Below the pieces are notes generated by a model. That model was not told the origin of the DNA. It saw only the letters and a list, made by a program, of their open reading frames with translations, and did not search any database. A stretch of 64,000 nt of DNA from an uncultured Gammaproteobacteria bacterium (lineage in GTDB: Bacteria; Pseudomonadota; Gammaproteobacteria; Steroidobacterales; Woeseiaceae): NCBI GenBank assembly GCA_942490655.1, contig CALNXZ010000003.1, forward strand, positions 39,441 to 103,440, written 5' to 3'. Below are positions 1 to 9,396 of the stretch, one piece after another; the first letter of the stretch is position 1; each line of letters opens with the position of its first letter. The position numbers and the translations under genes were made by a program.

Positions 1-99
1 CAGGCGATAGAGCGTGCCGGCACCAAAGCCGGCAACAAAGGCGAAGAAGCGACTCTGGCCGTCATCGAGATGGTCAATTTGCTGCGTCGCATAGATTAA
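1..99 (+). CDS. ribH: 6,7-dimethyl-8-ribityllumazine synthase, 3' end (partial)
   Basis: Frame 1 reads [32 protein letters not shown] then TAA at 97-99, which resembles the RibH C-terminus. It lies directly upstream of nusB as in other Gammaproteobacteria. Confidence 0.8.
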   Translation, partial: QAIERAGTKAGNKGEEATLAVIEMVNLLRRID

Positions 100-548
100 T
101 GAGTGAATCGAAATCAAAGGGTGCCGGGGCCCGGACGCGCGCGCGCGAGCTTATGGTTCAGGCTTTGTACCAAAAGCAAATAGCCGGCCATTCGACGTCG
201 GAGTTAGTGGCACAGTTTCACGAGCAAGCTGCCTATGAGCGAGTGGACAAGGCTTACTTTGATGAGCAGTTTCCCGCGATCAGCAAGTCTCAGGATGAAC
301 TCGAGAAGAAGATTGATGCGTTAATCGATCGACCGCTGGAGCAGCTGGATCCGGTTGAGCTCGCCATCCTGCTCATTGGTGTTTACGAACTTGAATCGCA
401 AATCGATATTCCGTATCGCGTCGTCATCAATGAAGCCGTGAATCTCGCCAAACGGTTCGCTTCAATCGAAGGTCACAAATACGTCAATGCCTGCCTTGAC
501 CTGGCCGCGAAGTCTTACCGAGAAACAGAGACCAGGGCGAAGCGTTAA
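99..548 (+). CDS. nusB: transcription antitermination factor NusB
   Basis: 149 aa. N-terminal ARTRARELMVQALYQ and central/C-terminal NusB-like helices. The ATG overlaps the ribH stop, and ribH-nusB-thiL synteny holds. Confidence 0.9.
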   Translation: MSESKSKGAGARTRARELMVQALYQKQIAGHSTSELVAQFHEQAAYERVDKAYFDEQFPAISKSQDELEKKIDALIDRPLEQLDPVELAILLIGVYELESQIDIPYRVVINEAVNLAKRFASIEGHKYVNACLDLAAKSYRETETRAKR

Positions 549-554
549 TCCCTC

Positions 555-1475
555 GTGGACGAGTTCGAGCTGATACGCCGATACTTTGACCGCCAACGAC
601 ACTCGTCAGGCGTCGAAGTTGGCATAGGCGATGACGGCGCAGTGCTCATCCCGAATCCCGAAAAACACCAGGTGCAGGTTATCGATACCCTGGTCGAAGG
701 CGTGCATTTCCCCCCCGACACGAACCCGGCTGATATCGCGTGGCGCGCCGTGGCCGTGAATCTGTCCGACATTGCCGCGATGGGTGCGAGGCCACGCTGG
801 ATGACCTTGGCACTAACGCTTCCGGATGCACGTATAGAATGGGTCGAATCATTTGCAGCGGGTCTATTCGCAGCCGCCGACGAGCACACGCTTGCGTTGG
901 TCGGCGGCGATACGACCAGCGGTCCGGTCATTACCGTGACAGTGTCCATAACCGGTGAAGTTGACGCGGGCACCGCGTTGTTGCGCAGCGGTGCGCAAGT
1001 GGGCAACGCAATTTTTGTAACCGGCACAGTAGGCGACGCGGCGGCCGGCTTGCGCTTATTGCAAGAGGGTGAACAGGATGTTTATTTGCGGCAGCGATTT
1101 CTGCGCCCGACTGCGCGCATTGAAACCGGCAAGCGGCTGTCAGGTCGGGCGAGTGCCGCCATAGACGTCTCCGACGGTCTGCTGGGTGACCTCCGGAAAC
1201 TGCTGACGGCCAGTGGCGTTGGTGGCGAGATTGACCTCGGCAAGCTGCCGGTTTCCAGTGCATTGCGCGAAAAATTCGATGCGGACGAATGTTTACGCTT
1301 CGCACTAACCGGCGGGGATGACTACGAACTTTGCTTTACAGCCGCCGCGGATGCGGTTGCAGGCATCGATGCAATTACCGCCATAGGGATAGTCACAGCG
1401 TCGACCGAACTCATCTGTCGGTTGAACAACGAGATTGTGCAAGTCGACGACAGCGGTTACCGTCACTTCCAATGA
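555..1475 (+). CDS. thiL: thiamine-monophosphate kinase
   Basis: 306 aa with a GTG start. EFELIRRYF and GIGDDGAV AIR-synthase-like motifs. Position between nusB and pgpA. Confidence 0.9.
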   Translation: MDEFELIRRYFDRQRHSSGVEVGIGDDGAVLIPNPEKHQVQVIDTLVEGVHFPPDTNPADIAWRAVAVNLSDIAAMGARPRWMTLALTLPDARIEWVESFAAGLFAAADEHTLALVGGDTTSGPVITVTVSITGEVDAGTALLRSGAQVGNAIFVTGTVGDAAAGLRLLQEGEQDVYLRQRFLRPTARIETGKRLSGRASAAIDVSDGLLGDLRKLLTASGVGGEIDLGKLPVSSALREKFDADECLRFALTGGDDYELCFTAAADAVAGIDAITAIGIVTASTELICRLNNEIVQVDDSGYRHFQ

Positions 1476-1960
1476 CTCAGGCGCCCGACAATCTGGCTCG
1501 AACCGTCCTCAAAGACCCGGTACACATCCTGGCTTTTGGCTTTGGTACGGGTCTTGCTCCTTTCGCGCCGGGCACTTTCGGTTCACTGCCGGGCGTATTG
1601 CTGTTCTGGCTGACCGTCGATTTCGGACTTTATGTTCAATTGGGTGTCGCCGTCGCGATGACACTCGCTGGAATCTGGATCTGCGGTGAAAGCGCAAAGC
1701 GCATCGGCGTCCATGATCACGGTGGCATCGTCTGGGATGAGATCGTCGGCATGTACCTTACCTTGTTGGCGGCGCCGTTTACTGTCGCAGGTTGGGTACT
1801 TGCATTTGTTCTTTTTCGCGTCATGGATATTGTAAAACCCTGGCCGATTAGAGACCTGGATCACAGAATGCGCGGTGGCGTCGGAATTATGCTGGATGAC
1901 CTCGCAGCCGCGTTGTACGCCGCAATTTTATTGGGTTTGTACGGGTGGCTGATGTCATAA
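1472..1960 (+). CDS. pgpA: phosphatidylglycerophosphatase A
   Basis: The internal ATG at 1472 overlaps the thiL stop (ATGA). FGFGTGLAPFAPGTFGS and VWDEIVG PgpA motifs in a hydrophobic membrane protein. Confidence 0.85.
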   Translation: MTQAPDNLARTVLKDPVHILAFGFGTGLAPFAPGTFGSLPGVLLFWLTVDFGLYVQLGVAVAMTLAGIWICGESAKRIGVHDHGGIVWDEIVGMYLTLLAAPFTVAGWVLAFVLFRVMDIVKPWPIRDLDHRMRGGVGIMLDDLAAALYAAILLGLYGWLMS

Positions 1961-1974
1961 ACGATTGAGACAAC

Positions 1975-3279
1975 ATGGCCAGCAACATCAGCAACATCAA
2001 GCGCGCCAAAGATGTGCCCGAGAAGATCGGTAAGTACGTCATTATCAACAAAATCGGTAAAGGCAGCACCGGGGTAGTCTACCTGTCTCATGACCCGTAT
2101 TACCGTCGCGACGTCGCGATCAAGGTTTACAACACCGAAGAAGATTCCGATGCCGAGCGCGCCCGCGTTGCTCGAAAAATGTTCTTTAACGAAGCGCACA
2201 TGGTCGGCATGCTGCAGCATCCGAACATCATGCCTATCTACGACGCTGGCGAAGAAGACGGCTCCTACTATGTCGTTACTGAGCACATACAGGGTGCTCG
2301 TACTTTAGCCGCTTATTGCCGACCGGATAATCTGCTACGTGTCGATGACGTTGTAGAAATCATTTACAAGTGCGCGAAGGCGCTGCATTACGCACACGGC
2401 CGGGGTGTCATACATCGCGATATCAAACCGTCCAACGTCATGCTGACGACAGACAACGATGTACGCATCATTGATTTCGGTATTGCGATAGTCAGTGATT
2501 CAGAAGTATCCCGCATTGAAGGTATTGCAGGCAGTCCGAGCTACATGTCGCCGGAGCAGGTGCAGTCAGAAGAGCTGACGCCGAGATCGGATCTGTATTC
2601 TCTGGGCGCTGTCATGTACGAGTTGTTGACGGGGTTCCGTCCTTTCCGTGCTGACAATCTTTCAAAGCTGTTGCACCAGATTGTCTATGCAACACCGCCG
2701 CCGATACACACCTACCGGGATGATCTGCCTGAGGAACTCGAACGCGTTGTCATGACGACGATGCAGAAAGAACCGAACAAGCGCCTTGTTACCGGAAATG
2801 CCATGGCCGCGGAACTAACGCGTGTCTATAAGGACCTGCGGCAGAAGTACGACAGCCTGGATAACCAGGAACATTTCGACCTGTTACGCACACTCACCTT
2901 CTTTCACGAGTTTTCACACGCTGAAATCTGGGAAGTACTGCGAGCGTCTGACTGGCACGAGTATCAGGACGGTGAAGACATTGTTCGCGAAGGTGAGGTC
3001 GATGATCGCTTCTACATTATCGTTGCCGGATCCGTGCTCGTGCAGGCCAATGGCAAGAGTCTTGGCAAGCTCGGCAACGGTGACTGCTTTGGTGAAACCA
3101 GTTACGTGCGCGGCGCGAGGCGCCAGGCATCCATCCAGGCCGATGGCCAGGTGACGATACTTCGCGTTAGTTCAACGCTCATGGAGCAGGTGTCCTCGGC
3201 CTGCCAGCTGCGATTCAATAAAGTCTTCCTGAGATCGCTGATTACACGATTGCAGGGTGCCGGCGGCGCGAACACCTGA
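1975..3279 (+). CDS. Hanks-type Ser/Thr protein kinase fused to a C-terminal cyclic-nucleotide-binding domain
   Basis: Kinase motifs: GKGSTGVVY glycine loop, VAIKV, HRDIKPSNVML, IDFG, SPSYMSPEQ. The C-terminal ~120 aa are cNMP-binding-like (DIVREGE..FYIIVAGS..GDCFGE..ARRQASI). Confidence 0.85.
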   Translation: MASNISNIKRAKDVPEKIGKYVIINKIGKGSTGVVYLSHDPYYRRDVAIKVYNTEEDSDAERARVARKMFFNEAHMVGMLQHPNIMPIYDAGEEDGSYYVVTEHIQGARTLAAYCRPDNLLRVDDVVEIIYKCAKALHYAHGRGVIHRDIKPSNVMLTTDNDVRIIDFGIAIVSDSEVSRIEGIAGSPSYMSPEQVQSEELTPRSDLYSLGAVMYELLTGFRPFRADNLSKLLHQIVYATPPPIHTYRDDLPEELERVVMTTMQKEPNKRLVTGNAMAAELTRVYKDLRQKYDSLDNQEHFDLLRTLTFFHEFSHAEIWEVLRASDWHEYQDGEDIVREGEVDDRFYIIVAGSVLVQANGKSLGKLGNGDCFGETSYVRGARRQASIQADGQVTILRVSSTLMEQVSSACQLRFNKVFLRSLITRLQGAGGANT

Positions 3280-3356
3280 GCCCTGATTCATTCACCCTAG
3301 GCAAGCTCCTCCAATAATCGCTACACTGGCCCACTGAATAATTCGAGGGGTCTCTC

Positions 3357-4673
3357 ATGTTGAAGCGAATACTCGGTCTGACAGCCATACTCATTTCCTG
3401 TTCCGCTTTCGGTAGCGAGCTTGGCGATGCCGTCAAGAAAGACTACGACGAATACCTCGCCGGTCTGTTCGACCACTTTCATCGTAATCCCGAGCTCTCG
3501 ACGATAGAAAACGAAACGGCGCGGCGCATGGCGCTGGAACTCAGCCTGGCTGGCTTCGAAGTCACTGAGGGTGTCGGTGGCACCGGCATCGTTGCGATCA
3601 TGAAGAACGGCGACGGACCGTTGGTGATGATGCGCGCCGATATGGATGGGCTGCCGGTGGAAGAAAAATCCGGACTCGAGAACGCCTCACGCGCACAACA
3701 GAAAGATCCCATCACCGGCAACATGGTTTACACCATGCATGCCTGCGGCCACGACGTGCATATTACGAGCCTCGTCGGCACTGCTCGGCATATGGTTGCG
3801 CATAAGGACAAATGGAATGGCACTCTGATGCTGGTTGTGCAACCCGCAGAAGAGCGCGTGCTGGGCGCTCAGGCGATGCGCGATGACGATATCTGGGGCC
3901 GTTTTGGCACACCCGACTATGCCCTGGCGTTTCATGTCTCGTCCAGCGACGTTGCCGGCAAAGTCAATATTTCGGAAGGAAGTCCCTACGCCGGGGCCGA
4001 TACAGTCGACATTATTATTCACGGCGTTGGTGCGCATGGGGCGAGTCCGCATCGCGGAAAAGATCCTATCGTGCTGGGCAGTCAGATTGTGCTTGCGCTG
4101 CAGACCCTGGTTGCGCGAGAGCTGTCACCGCGAGATCCGGGCGTTGTCACGGTCGGGTCTTTTCACGCCGGCACGAAACACAACATCATCTCGGACGAAG
4201 CTCACCTGCAACTGACAGTCAGAAATACGAGCGTCGAAACCCGCGAGCTCTTGCTGAGCGGTATCGAACGCATCGCTGTGAATATGGGCCGCGTTGCGGG
4301 ATTACCGGAAGACAAACTACCGGAAGTCATCGTCTCGAACGAAAGCGTGCCACCGACGATCAACGACCCGGTACTGGCGCGGCGCTTGAAGCAGGCCTGG
4401 AACGAGAATATGGGCGACACCCGGGTGGTCGACATCCCGACCAAAGGTATGGGTGCCGAAGACTTCCCTTTCTTCACCGTTGATCCGGCGATTACCAGCG
4501 TTTATTGGGCCGTTGGCGGAACACCCCAGGAAGCCTTTGACATTGAAGCGGCCGGCGGCGAGCTCGTGCCTAGCCATCATTCACCGTTATTCAAGATTTC
4601 GCCGGAACCTGCGGTAACCGCAGGCGTGGAATCAACTGTCATTGCGCTGATGGAATTGATGTCCGCGCAATAA
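3357..4673 (+). CDS. secreted M20D-family amidohydrolase (hippurate hydrolase / aminoacylase-like)
   Basis: 438 aa. N-terminal signal peptide MLKRILGLTAILISCSAFG. MRADMDGLP, HACGHD and EE metal-binding motifs typical of M20D amidohydrolases. Confidence 0.8.
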   Translation: MLKRILGLTAILISCSAFGSELGDAVKKDYDEYLAGLFDHFHRNPELSTIENETARRMALELSLAGFEVTEGVGGTGIVAIMKNGDGPLVMMRADMDGLPVEEKSGLENASRAQQKDPITGNMVYTMHACGHDVHITSLVGTARHMVAHKDKWNGTLMLVVQPAEERVLGAQAMRDDDIWGRFGTPDYALAFHVSSSDVAGKVNISEGSPYAGADTVDIIIHGVGAHGASPHRGKDPIVLGSQIVLALQTLVARELSPRDPGVVTVGSFHAGTKHNIISDEAHLQLTVRNTSVETRELLLSGIERIAVNMGRVAGLPEDKLPEVIVSNESVPPTINDPVLARRLKQAWNENMGDTRVVDIPTKGMGAEDFPFFTVDPAITSVYWAVGGTPQEAFDIEAAGGELVPSHHSPLFKISPEPAVTAGVESTVIALMELMSAQ

Positions 4674-4684
4674 CTGATTCTGCA

Positions 4685-4924
4685 TCACGCGTCGTCGTCG
4701 ATTTCAAAGCTGTCGAGTTCTTCGCCACCGGCACTCTTCAGCAGTATCTGAACTTTCTGTTCGGCTTCCTTGAGCGCAGTCTGACAACCGCGCGTGAGTT
4801 TGATGCCGTCTTCGAATTTCTTCATAGCGGTCTCGAGTGGCAGGTCGCCTGATTCGAGCTCTTCAACGAGTTCTTCGAGCTCAGCCAACGATTTTTCGAG
4901 ATCAATTTTCTTTGCGGCGGCCAT
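4685..4924 (-). CDS. xseB: exodeoxyribonuclease VII small subunit
   Basis: 79 aa. LEKSLAELEELVEELESGDLPLE..F..G..L...C...L..AEQKV is the XseB signature. Confidence 0.85.
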   Translation of the reverse strand: MAAAKKIDLEKSLAELEELVEELESGDLPLETAMKKFEDGIKLTRGCQTALKEAEQKVQILLKSAGGEELDSFEIDDDA

Positions 4925-4992
4925 GATTTCATCCTCGGATTAGCGCGTCGCTAAGCTACAGGCGGGCCTACCGGAGGTCAATATCCCCCCGG

Positions 4993-5021
4993 TTGACAGT
5001 GCCGGGAGTGCGCACTAGAGT
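4993..5021 (+). promoter_or_regulatory. sigma70-like promoter, TTGACA-17 nt-TAGAGT, upstream of the rubrerythrin gene
   Basis: TTGACA at 4993-4998, exactly 17 nt spacer, TAGAGT at 5016-5021, ~57 nt before the ATG at 5078. Confidence 0.5.
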
Positions 5022-5030
5022 TGCTACTTC

Positions 5031-5058
5031 TTAGAATCGTTCTAATTGGGAATGATTC
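5031..5058. promoter_or_regulatory. candidate operator: palindrome TTAGAATCGTTCTAA plus GAATGATTC
   Basis: 5031-5045 is a perfect 6-3-6 inverted repeat (TTAGAA-TCG-TTCTAA). Read as 7-1-7 it matches the Fur/PerR-type box TTATAAT-N-ATTATAA at 11 of 14 positions. A second GAAT-G-ATTC palindrome lies at 5050-5058. Both lie just downstream of the -10. Confidence 0.4.
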
Positions 5059-5077
5059 TCACCCGAGAGGACCAAAA

Positions 5078-5497
5078 ATGTCACTAAAAGACAGCAAGAC
5101 CGAACAGAACCTGAAAGATGCTTTCGCCGGCGAGTCGCAGGCGAACCGACGTTACCTGTATTTTGCGGCCAAAGCGGATGTCGAAGGCTACAACGATGTT
5201 GCCGCCGTTTTTCGTTCCACGGCCGAAGGCGAAACCGGGCACGCGCACGGTCACCTGGAGTACCTGGAAGAGACGGGTGATCCGGCGACGGGCCTGCCGA
5301 TAGGTCCGACCTCTGCCAATCTCAAAGCGGCGATCGCCGGCGAAACTCACGAGTACACGGATATGTACCCGGGCATGGCGAAAACCGCACGTAGCGAAGG
5401 CTTTGACGAGATCGCGGATTGGTTTGAGACGCTGGCGAAGGCGGAGCGTTCGCACGCCAACCGTTTCCAGAAAGCGCTCGACACGCTTGATAATTAA
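5078..5497 (+). CDS. rubrerythrin-family diiron protein (no rubredoxin domain)
   Basis: The ATG at 5078 is preceded by [25 protein letters not shown] and [19 protein letters not shown] are the two ferritin-like EX(n)EXXH halves. Confidence 0.85.
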   Translation: MSLKDSKTEQNLKDAFAGESQANRRYLYFAAKADVEGYNDVAAVFRSTAEGETGHAHGHLEYLEETGDPATGLPIGPTSANLKAAIAGETHEYTDMYPGMAKTARSEGFDEIADWFETLAKAERSHANRFQKALDTLDN

Positions 5498-5516
5498 TCA
5501 GCCCAAGTAGCGTTGT

Positions 5517-6854
5517 TTGTCTAAGGGAAGACGCGAGGGCAGTCTTGAGGCGCCAACCCGGCACCCACTCGACTGGCAGTCTGAAGAATTTTACGACGAA
5601 GCGCCTCTTTTTGAGGAGCTTGAGCGTGTCTTCGATATCTGTCATGGCTGCCGTCGCTGCTTCAATCTGTGCAATGCGTTTCCGACTTTGTTCGACGCGG
5701 TCGACGAATCGGAAACGATGGAGGTCGACGGCGTTCCCAAAAAGGTTTATTGGGAGGTGGTCGATCACTGCTACCTCTGCGACATGTGTTACATGTCAAA
5801 GTGTCCCTACGTGCCGCCGCACGAATGGAATGTCGACTTCCCGCATTTGATGCTGCGCGCAAAAGCAGCGCGATTCAGGAAAGAGGGCGCACCCGTTCGG
5901 GACAAAATTCTGAGCGCCACTGACACCGTCGGGAAACTTGCGGGCATCCCTGTCGTTGTCGACATTGTGAATGCCACAAACCGCAGCAAAGCGGGACGCA
6001 AGATACTCGAGGCGACTTTAGGCGTGCACCACAAGGCAGCTGTGCCTCCCTACTATTCGAAAACAGCTCGCAAGCGTCTTGGCCGACTCGAGAATGCGAA
6101 TCCTGTCGACATTCAGCCGACTGCCAATACACGCGGCAAAGTCGTGCTGTACACGACCTGTTACGGCAATCGCAATCACCCTGCCATCGATGAAGACCTG
6201 GTCGCGGTGTTCGAACACAACGGCATAGCGATGGCTTTGGCGGAGAAAGAAGTTTGCTGTGGCATGCCGAAACTCGAACTCGGCGATCTTGAAGCGGTGG
6301 CGAAAGCCAAGGAAACCAATATCCCCATCCTGGCCGCGATGGTCGACGACGGCTGGGATATCGTAACGCCGATCCCATCCTGCACGCTGATGTTCAAGCA
6401 GGAACTGCCGCTGATGTTCCCGGACGACCCGGATGTCGCCAAAGTTCGCGACGCGATGTACGACCCCTTCGAGTACCTGATGTTGCGACACAAAGACGGT
6501 GAACTGAATACCGAATTCGCGATCTCGCTGGGCAAGGTTTCTTACCAGGTGCCTTGCCACCTGCGCGTGCAGAATATCGGCCTCAAGACCCGCGATATCC
6601 TGCAGCTGGTACCGGATACCGAGGTCGAGGCTATCGAACGCTGTTCAGGGCACGACGGCACCTATGCTGTCAAAAAAGAATTTCACGAAATTTCCAAAAA
6701 GATTGCGTTGCCTGTCGCGAACAAAGTCAAACGCAGTGAGGCTGATCACTTTGTGAGCGATTGCCCGATGGCCGCAGAGCAGATAGCGGACGAAGTGCCT
6801 GATCACAAGGCGAACAATCCGATGAGCTTGCTGCGCATGGCATACGGGATCTGA
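5517..6854 (+). CDS. HdrD/GlpC-like (Fe-S)-binding oxidoreductase with CCG domains
   Basis: 445 aa with a TTG start. Two ferredoxin-type clusters (CHGCRRCFNLC, CYLCDMCYMSKCP) and a cysteine-rich CCG motif (EVCCGMP). Confidence 0.75.
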   Translation: MSKGRREGSLEAPTRHPLDWQSEEFYDEAPLFEELERVFDICHGCRRCFNLCNAFPTLFDAVDESETMEVDGVPKKVYWEVVDHCYLCDMCYMSKCPYVPPHEWNVDFPHLMLRAKAARFRKEGAPVRDKILSATDTVGKLAGIPVVVDIVNATNRSKAGRKILEATLGVHHKAAVPPYYSKTARKRLGRLENANPVDIQPTANTRGKVVLYTTCYGNRNHPAIDEDLVAVFEHNGIAMALAEKEVCCGMPKLELGDLEAVAKAKETNIPILAAMVDDGWDIVTPIPSCTLMFKQELPLMFPDDPDVAKVRDAMYDPFEYLMLRHKDGELNTEFAISLGKVSYQVPCHLRVQNIGLKTRDILQLVPDTEVEAIERCSGHDGTYAVKKEFHEISKKIALPVANKVKRSEADHFVSDCPMAAEQIADEVPDHKANNPMSLLRMAYGI

Positions 6855-6855
6855 T

Positions 6856-7440
6856 ATGCAGAAACTAGAGCGCAAAGACTTGATGAGCCTGGAGCGATAT
6901 GCGGAGGAGAGGCCTGCTTTCCGCGAGCGAGTCATGGCGCACAAGAAGAACCGTCGCCTCGATCTCGGCACCGATGCTGCGTTGTATTTCGAAGATCGAC
7001 TGACCATTCAATACCAGGTACAGGAAATGCTGCGCATCGAGCGCATTTTCGAGTCCGCAGGAATTAATGAGGAGCTCGACGCTTACAACCCGCTGATTCC
7101 GGATGGCTCAAACTGGAAAGCAACGTTTATGATCGAGTTCCCGGACGTTGACGAGCGTCAGCAGATGCTCGAGCGATTGGTGGGGGTCGAGAACAGGGTG
7201 TATGTCCAGGTCGAGGACTTCGACCGCATATACGCCATATCGGACGAAGATCTGGAGCGTTCCGACGCGCACAAGACATCAGCGGTGCATTTCATGCGTT
7301 TCGAGTTTCCGCCCGAGCAGTCGGCGGCATTAAAGTCGGGCGCGTCACTCATAGCCGGCATCGATCATGATAGCTATACAGTCGAAGTTTGCCCTGTTGC
7401 GGACAACATCCGCAGGTCGCTGATAAACGATCTTAAGTGA
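6856..7440 (+). CDS. DUF3501-like protein of unknown function
   Basis: 194 aa, starting 1 nt after the Fe-S gene. I recognise it as the family that travels with rubrerythrin and the HdrD-like protein. No catalytic motif identified. Confidence 0.6.
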   Translation: MQKLERKDLMSLERYAEERPAFRERVMAHKKNRRLDLGTDAALYFEDRLTIQYQVQEMLRIERIFESAGINEELDAYNPLIPDGSNWKATFMIEFPDVDERQQMLERLVGVENRVYVQVEDFDRIYAISDEDLERSDAHKTSAVHFMRFEFPPEQSAALKSGASLIAGIDHDSYTVEVCPVADNIRRSLINDLK

Positions 7441-7509
7441 CTCAATATTGCGAGTGCACGCAATAGTCATTCAGGCTAAACTGCCGCCGGGCAAACATCT
7501 GGTTAATCG

Positions 7510-9396
7510 ATGAGCAAACGATACGACGCTGCGGACATCGAAGTCCTAAGTGGGCTGGAGCCTGTGCGGCGCCGGCCGGGCATGTACACCGACACCACTC
7601 GGCCAAATCATCTGGCACATGAAGTCATCGATAACAGCATCGATGAAGCGCTCGCCGGACATTGCAAGAAACTTGAGGTCGTCATATTTAAAGATGGCTC
7701 GCTGCAGGTTTCTGACGATGGTCGGGGCATGCCTGTGGATAAACACCCGGTGGAGAAGATTCCGGGTGTGGAACTCATCCTCACTCGACTGCATGCCGGT
7801 GGAAAATTCTCAAACGAAAACTACCAGTATTCGGGTGGTCTGCACGGCGTTGGCGTTTCTGTCGTCAACGCGCTGTCGAAAAACCTCGAAGTCTGGATTC
7901 GACGCGGTGGCAAAGAATACAACATGAGTTTTGCCGGCGGCGAAAAGCGCGGCAAGCTGGAGGTTGTGGGGACGGTAGGCAAAGCCAATACGGGCACCAC
8001 AATTCGATTCTGGCCGGATGAGAAGTACTTCGATTCGGCCAAGTTTTCCATCAATAATCTGAAACATGCCTTGCGCGCGAAAGCCGTACTTTGTCCGGGA
8101 ATCACCGTTGCGCTGACGATCGAGCACCCCAAAGAGCAGATTGAGTGGCGCTATACCGGTGGACTGGAAGAATACCTGTTAGAGGAGATTGGTGGCGGCG
8201 AGACCCTACCTTCCACGCCATTCTCCGGCAGCGTCAAAGGCAACAATGAAACAGTGGACTGGGCGCTGGTCTGGACCACAGACGGCGGTCAGAGCGTTAC
8301 CGAAAGTTACGTAAATCTGATTCCGACGCCACAGGGCGGCACTCACGTAAACGGGTTGCGAACCGGTTTGACCAATGCGCTTCGCGAATTCTGTGAGTTC
8401 CGCAGTTTGTTGCCGCGTGCTGTTGCGATCGCACCGGAAGATGTCTGGGACGGGCTCAGTTTCGTACTTAGTGTCAAACTCGAGGATCCGCAATTCTCCG
8501 GGCAGACCAAAGAACGGCTGTCGTCCCGCGAGTCCGCGGCCTTCGTCGCTGGCATTATTAAGGACAATTTTTCGCTGTGGCTGAACCAACACCCGGAGAC
8601 GGGTGACCAGATCGCGTTGCTGGCGATTTCCAAAGCCCAGCGGCGGCTGAAGGCCGCGAAGACGGTCGTGCGCAAGAAAATTGTGTCCGGACCGGCGCTG
8701 CCGGGAAAACTCGCAGACTGTCGCTCGCAGGAACCGGAGTTGTGTGAACTGTTCCTGGTCGAGGGCGACTCGGCGGGCGGCTCGGCTAAACAGGCCCGAG
8801 ATCGCAACACGCAGGCGATCATGCCGCTGCGCGGAAAAATTCTGAATACCTGGGAAGTGGAAACAGGTGAAATCCTGGCGTCTGCGGAAGTCCACGATAT
8901 CTCTGTGGCGCTCGGGGTCGACCCGGGCAGTACCGATATCAGCGGCCTGAGATACCACAAGGTCTGCATACTTGCGGACGCCGACTCCGACGGTCTGCAC
9001 ATTGCGACCTTGTTGTGTGCGCTATTTCTGCGGCATTTCCGAGAGCTGATTCTGGCCGGCCATATTTACGTTGCTATGCCGCCGCTGTACCGCGTCGATG
9101 TGGGCAAAGAAGTCTATTACGCATTGGATGAAGGCGAGCGCAAGGGCATTTTGGACAGAATTGAGGCTGAGAAAAAGAAAGGCAAAGTCTCTGTTACACG
9201 CTTCAAGGGTCTTGGTGAAATGGATCCCGACCAGTTGCGCGAAACAACGATGCACCGCGACACGCGGCGCCTTGTACAGCTGACCGTCAACGCGCGCGAC
9301 AAGACGGATCAGATGATGGATATGCTGCTTGCGAAAAAGCGTGCCAAAGATCGCCGTGTTTGGCTGGAATCGAAAGGCAATCTCGCCGAGGTATGA
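7510..9396 (+). CDS. parE: DNA topoisomerase IV subunit B
   Basis: 628 aa. [21 protein letters not shown] ATPase and Toprim ([15 protein letters not shown]) motifs. Its ParE length and its position immediately upstream of parC support the call. Confidence 0.9.
   Translation: MSKRYDAADIEVLSGLEPVRRRPGMYTDTTRPNHLAHEVIDNSIDEALAGHCKKLEVVIFKDGSLQVSDDGRGMPVDKHPVEKIPGVELILTRLHAGGKFSNENYQYSGGLHGVGVSVVNALSKNLEVWIRRGGKEYNMSFAGGEKRGKLEVVGTVGKANTGTTIRFWPDEKYFDSAKFSINNLKHALRAKAVLCPGITVALTIEHPKEQIEWRYTGGLEEYLLEEIGGGETLPSTPFSGSVKGNNETVDWALVWTTDGGQSVTESYVNLIPTPQGGTHVNGLRTGLTNALREFCEFRSLLPRAVAIAPEDVWDGLSFVLSVKLEDPQFSGQTKERLSSRESAAFVAGIIKDNFSLWLNQHPETGDQIALLAISKAQRRLKAAKTVVRKKIVSGPALPGKLADCRSQEPELCELFLVEGDSAGGSAKQARDRNTQAIMPLRGKILNTWEVETGEILASAEVHDISVALGVDPGSTDISGLRYHKVCILADADSDGLHIATLLCALFLRHFRELILAGHIYVAMPPLYRVDVGKEVYYALDEGERKGILDRIEAEKKKGKVSVTRFKGLGEMDPDQLRETTMHRDTRRLVQLTVNARDKTDQMMDMLLAKKRAKDRRVWLESKGNLAEV

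Noticed and set aside
7447-7470. Inverted repeat ATTGCG-N6-CGCAAT after the DUF3501 gene as a terminator
   Set aside because: It has a 6-bp stem only and no downstream T tract. That is too weak to call a terminator or operator.
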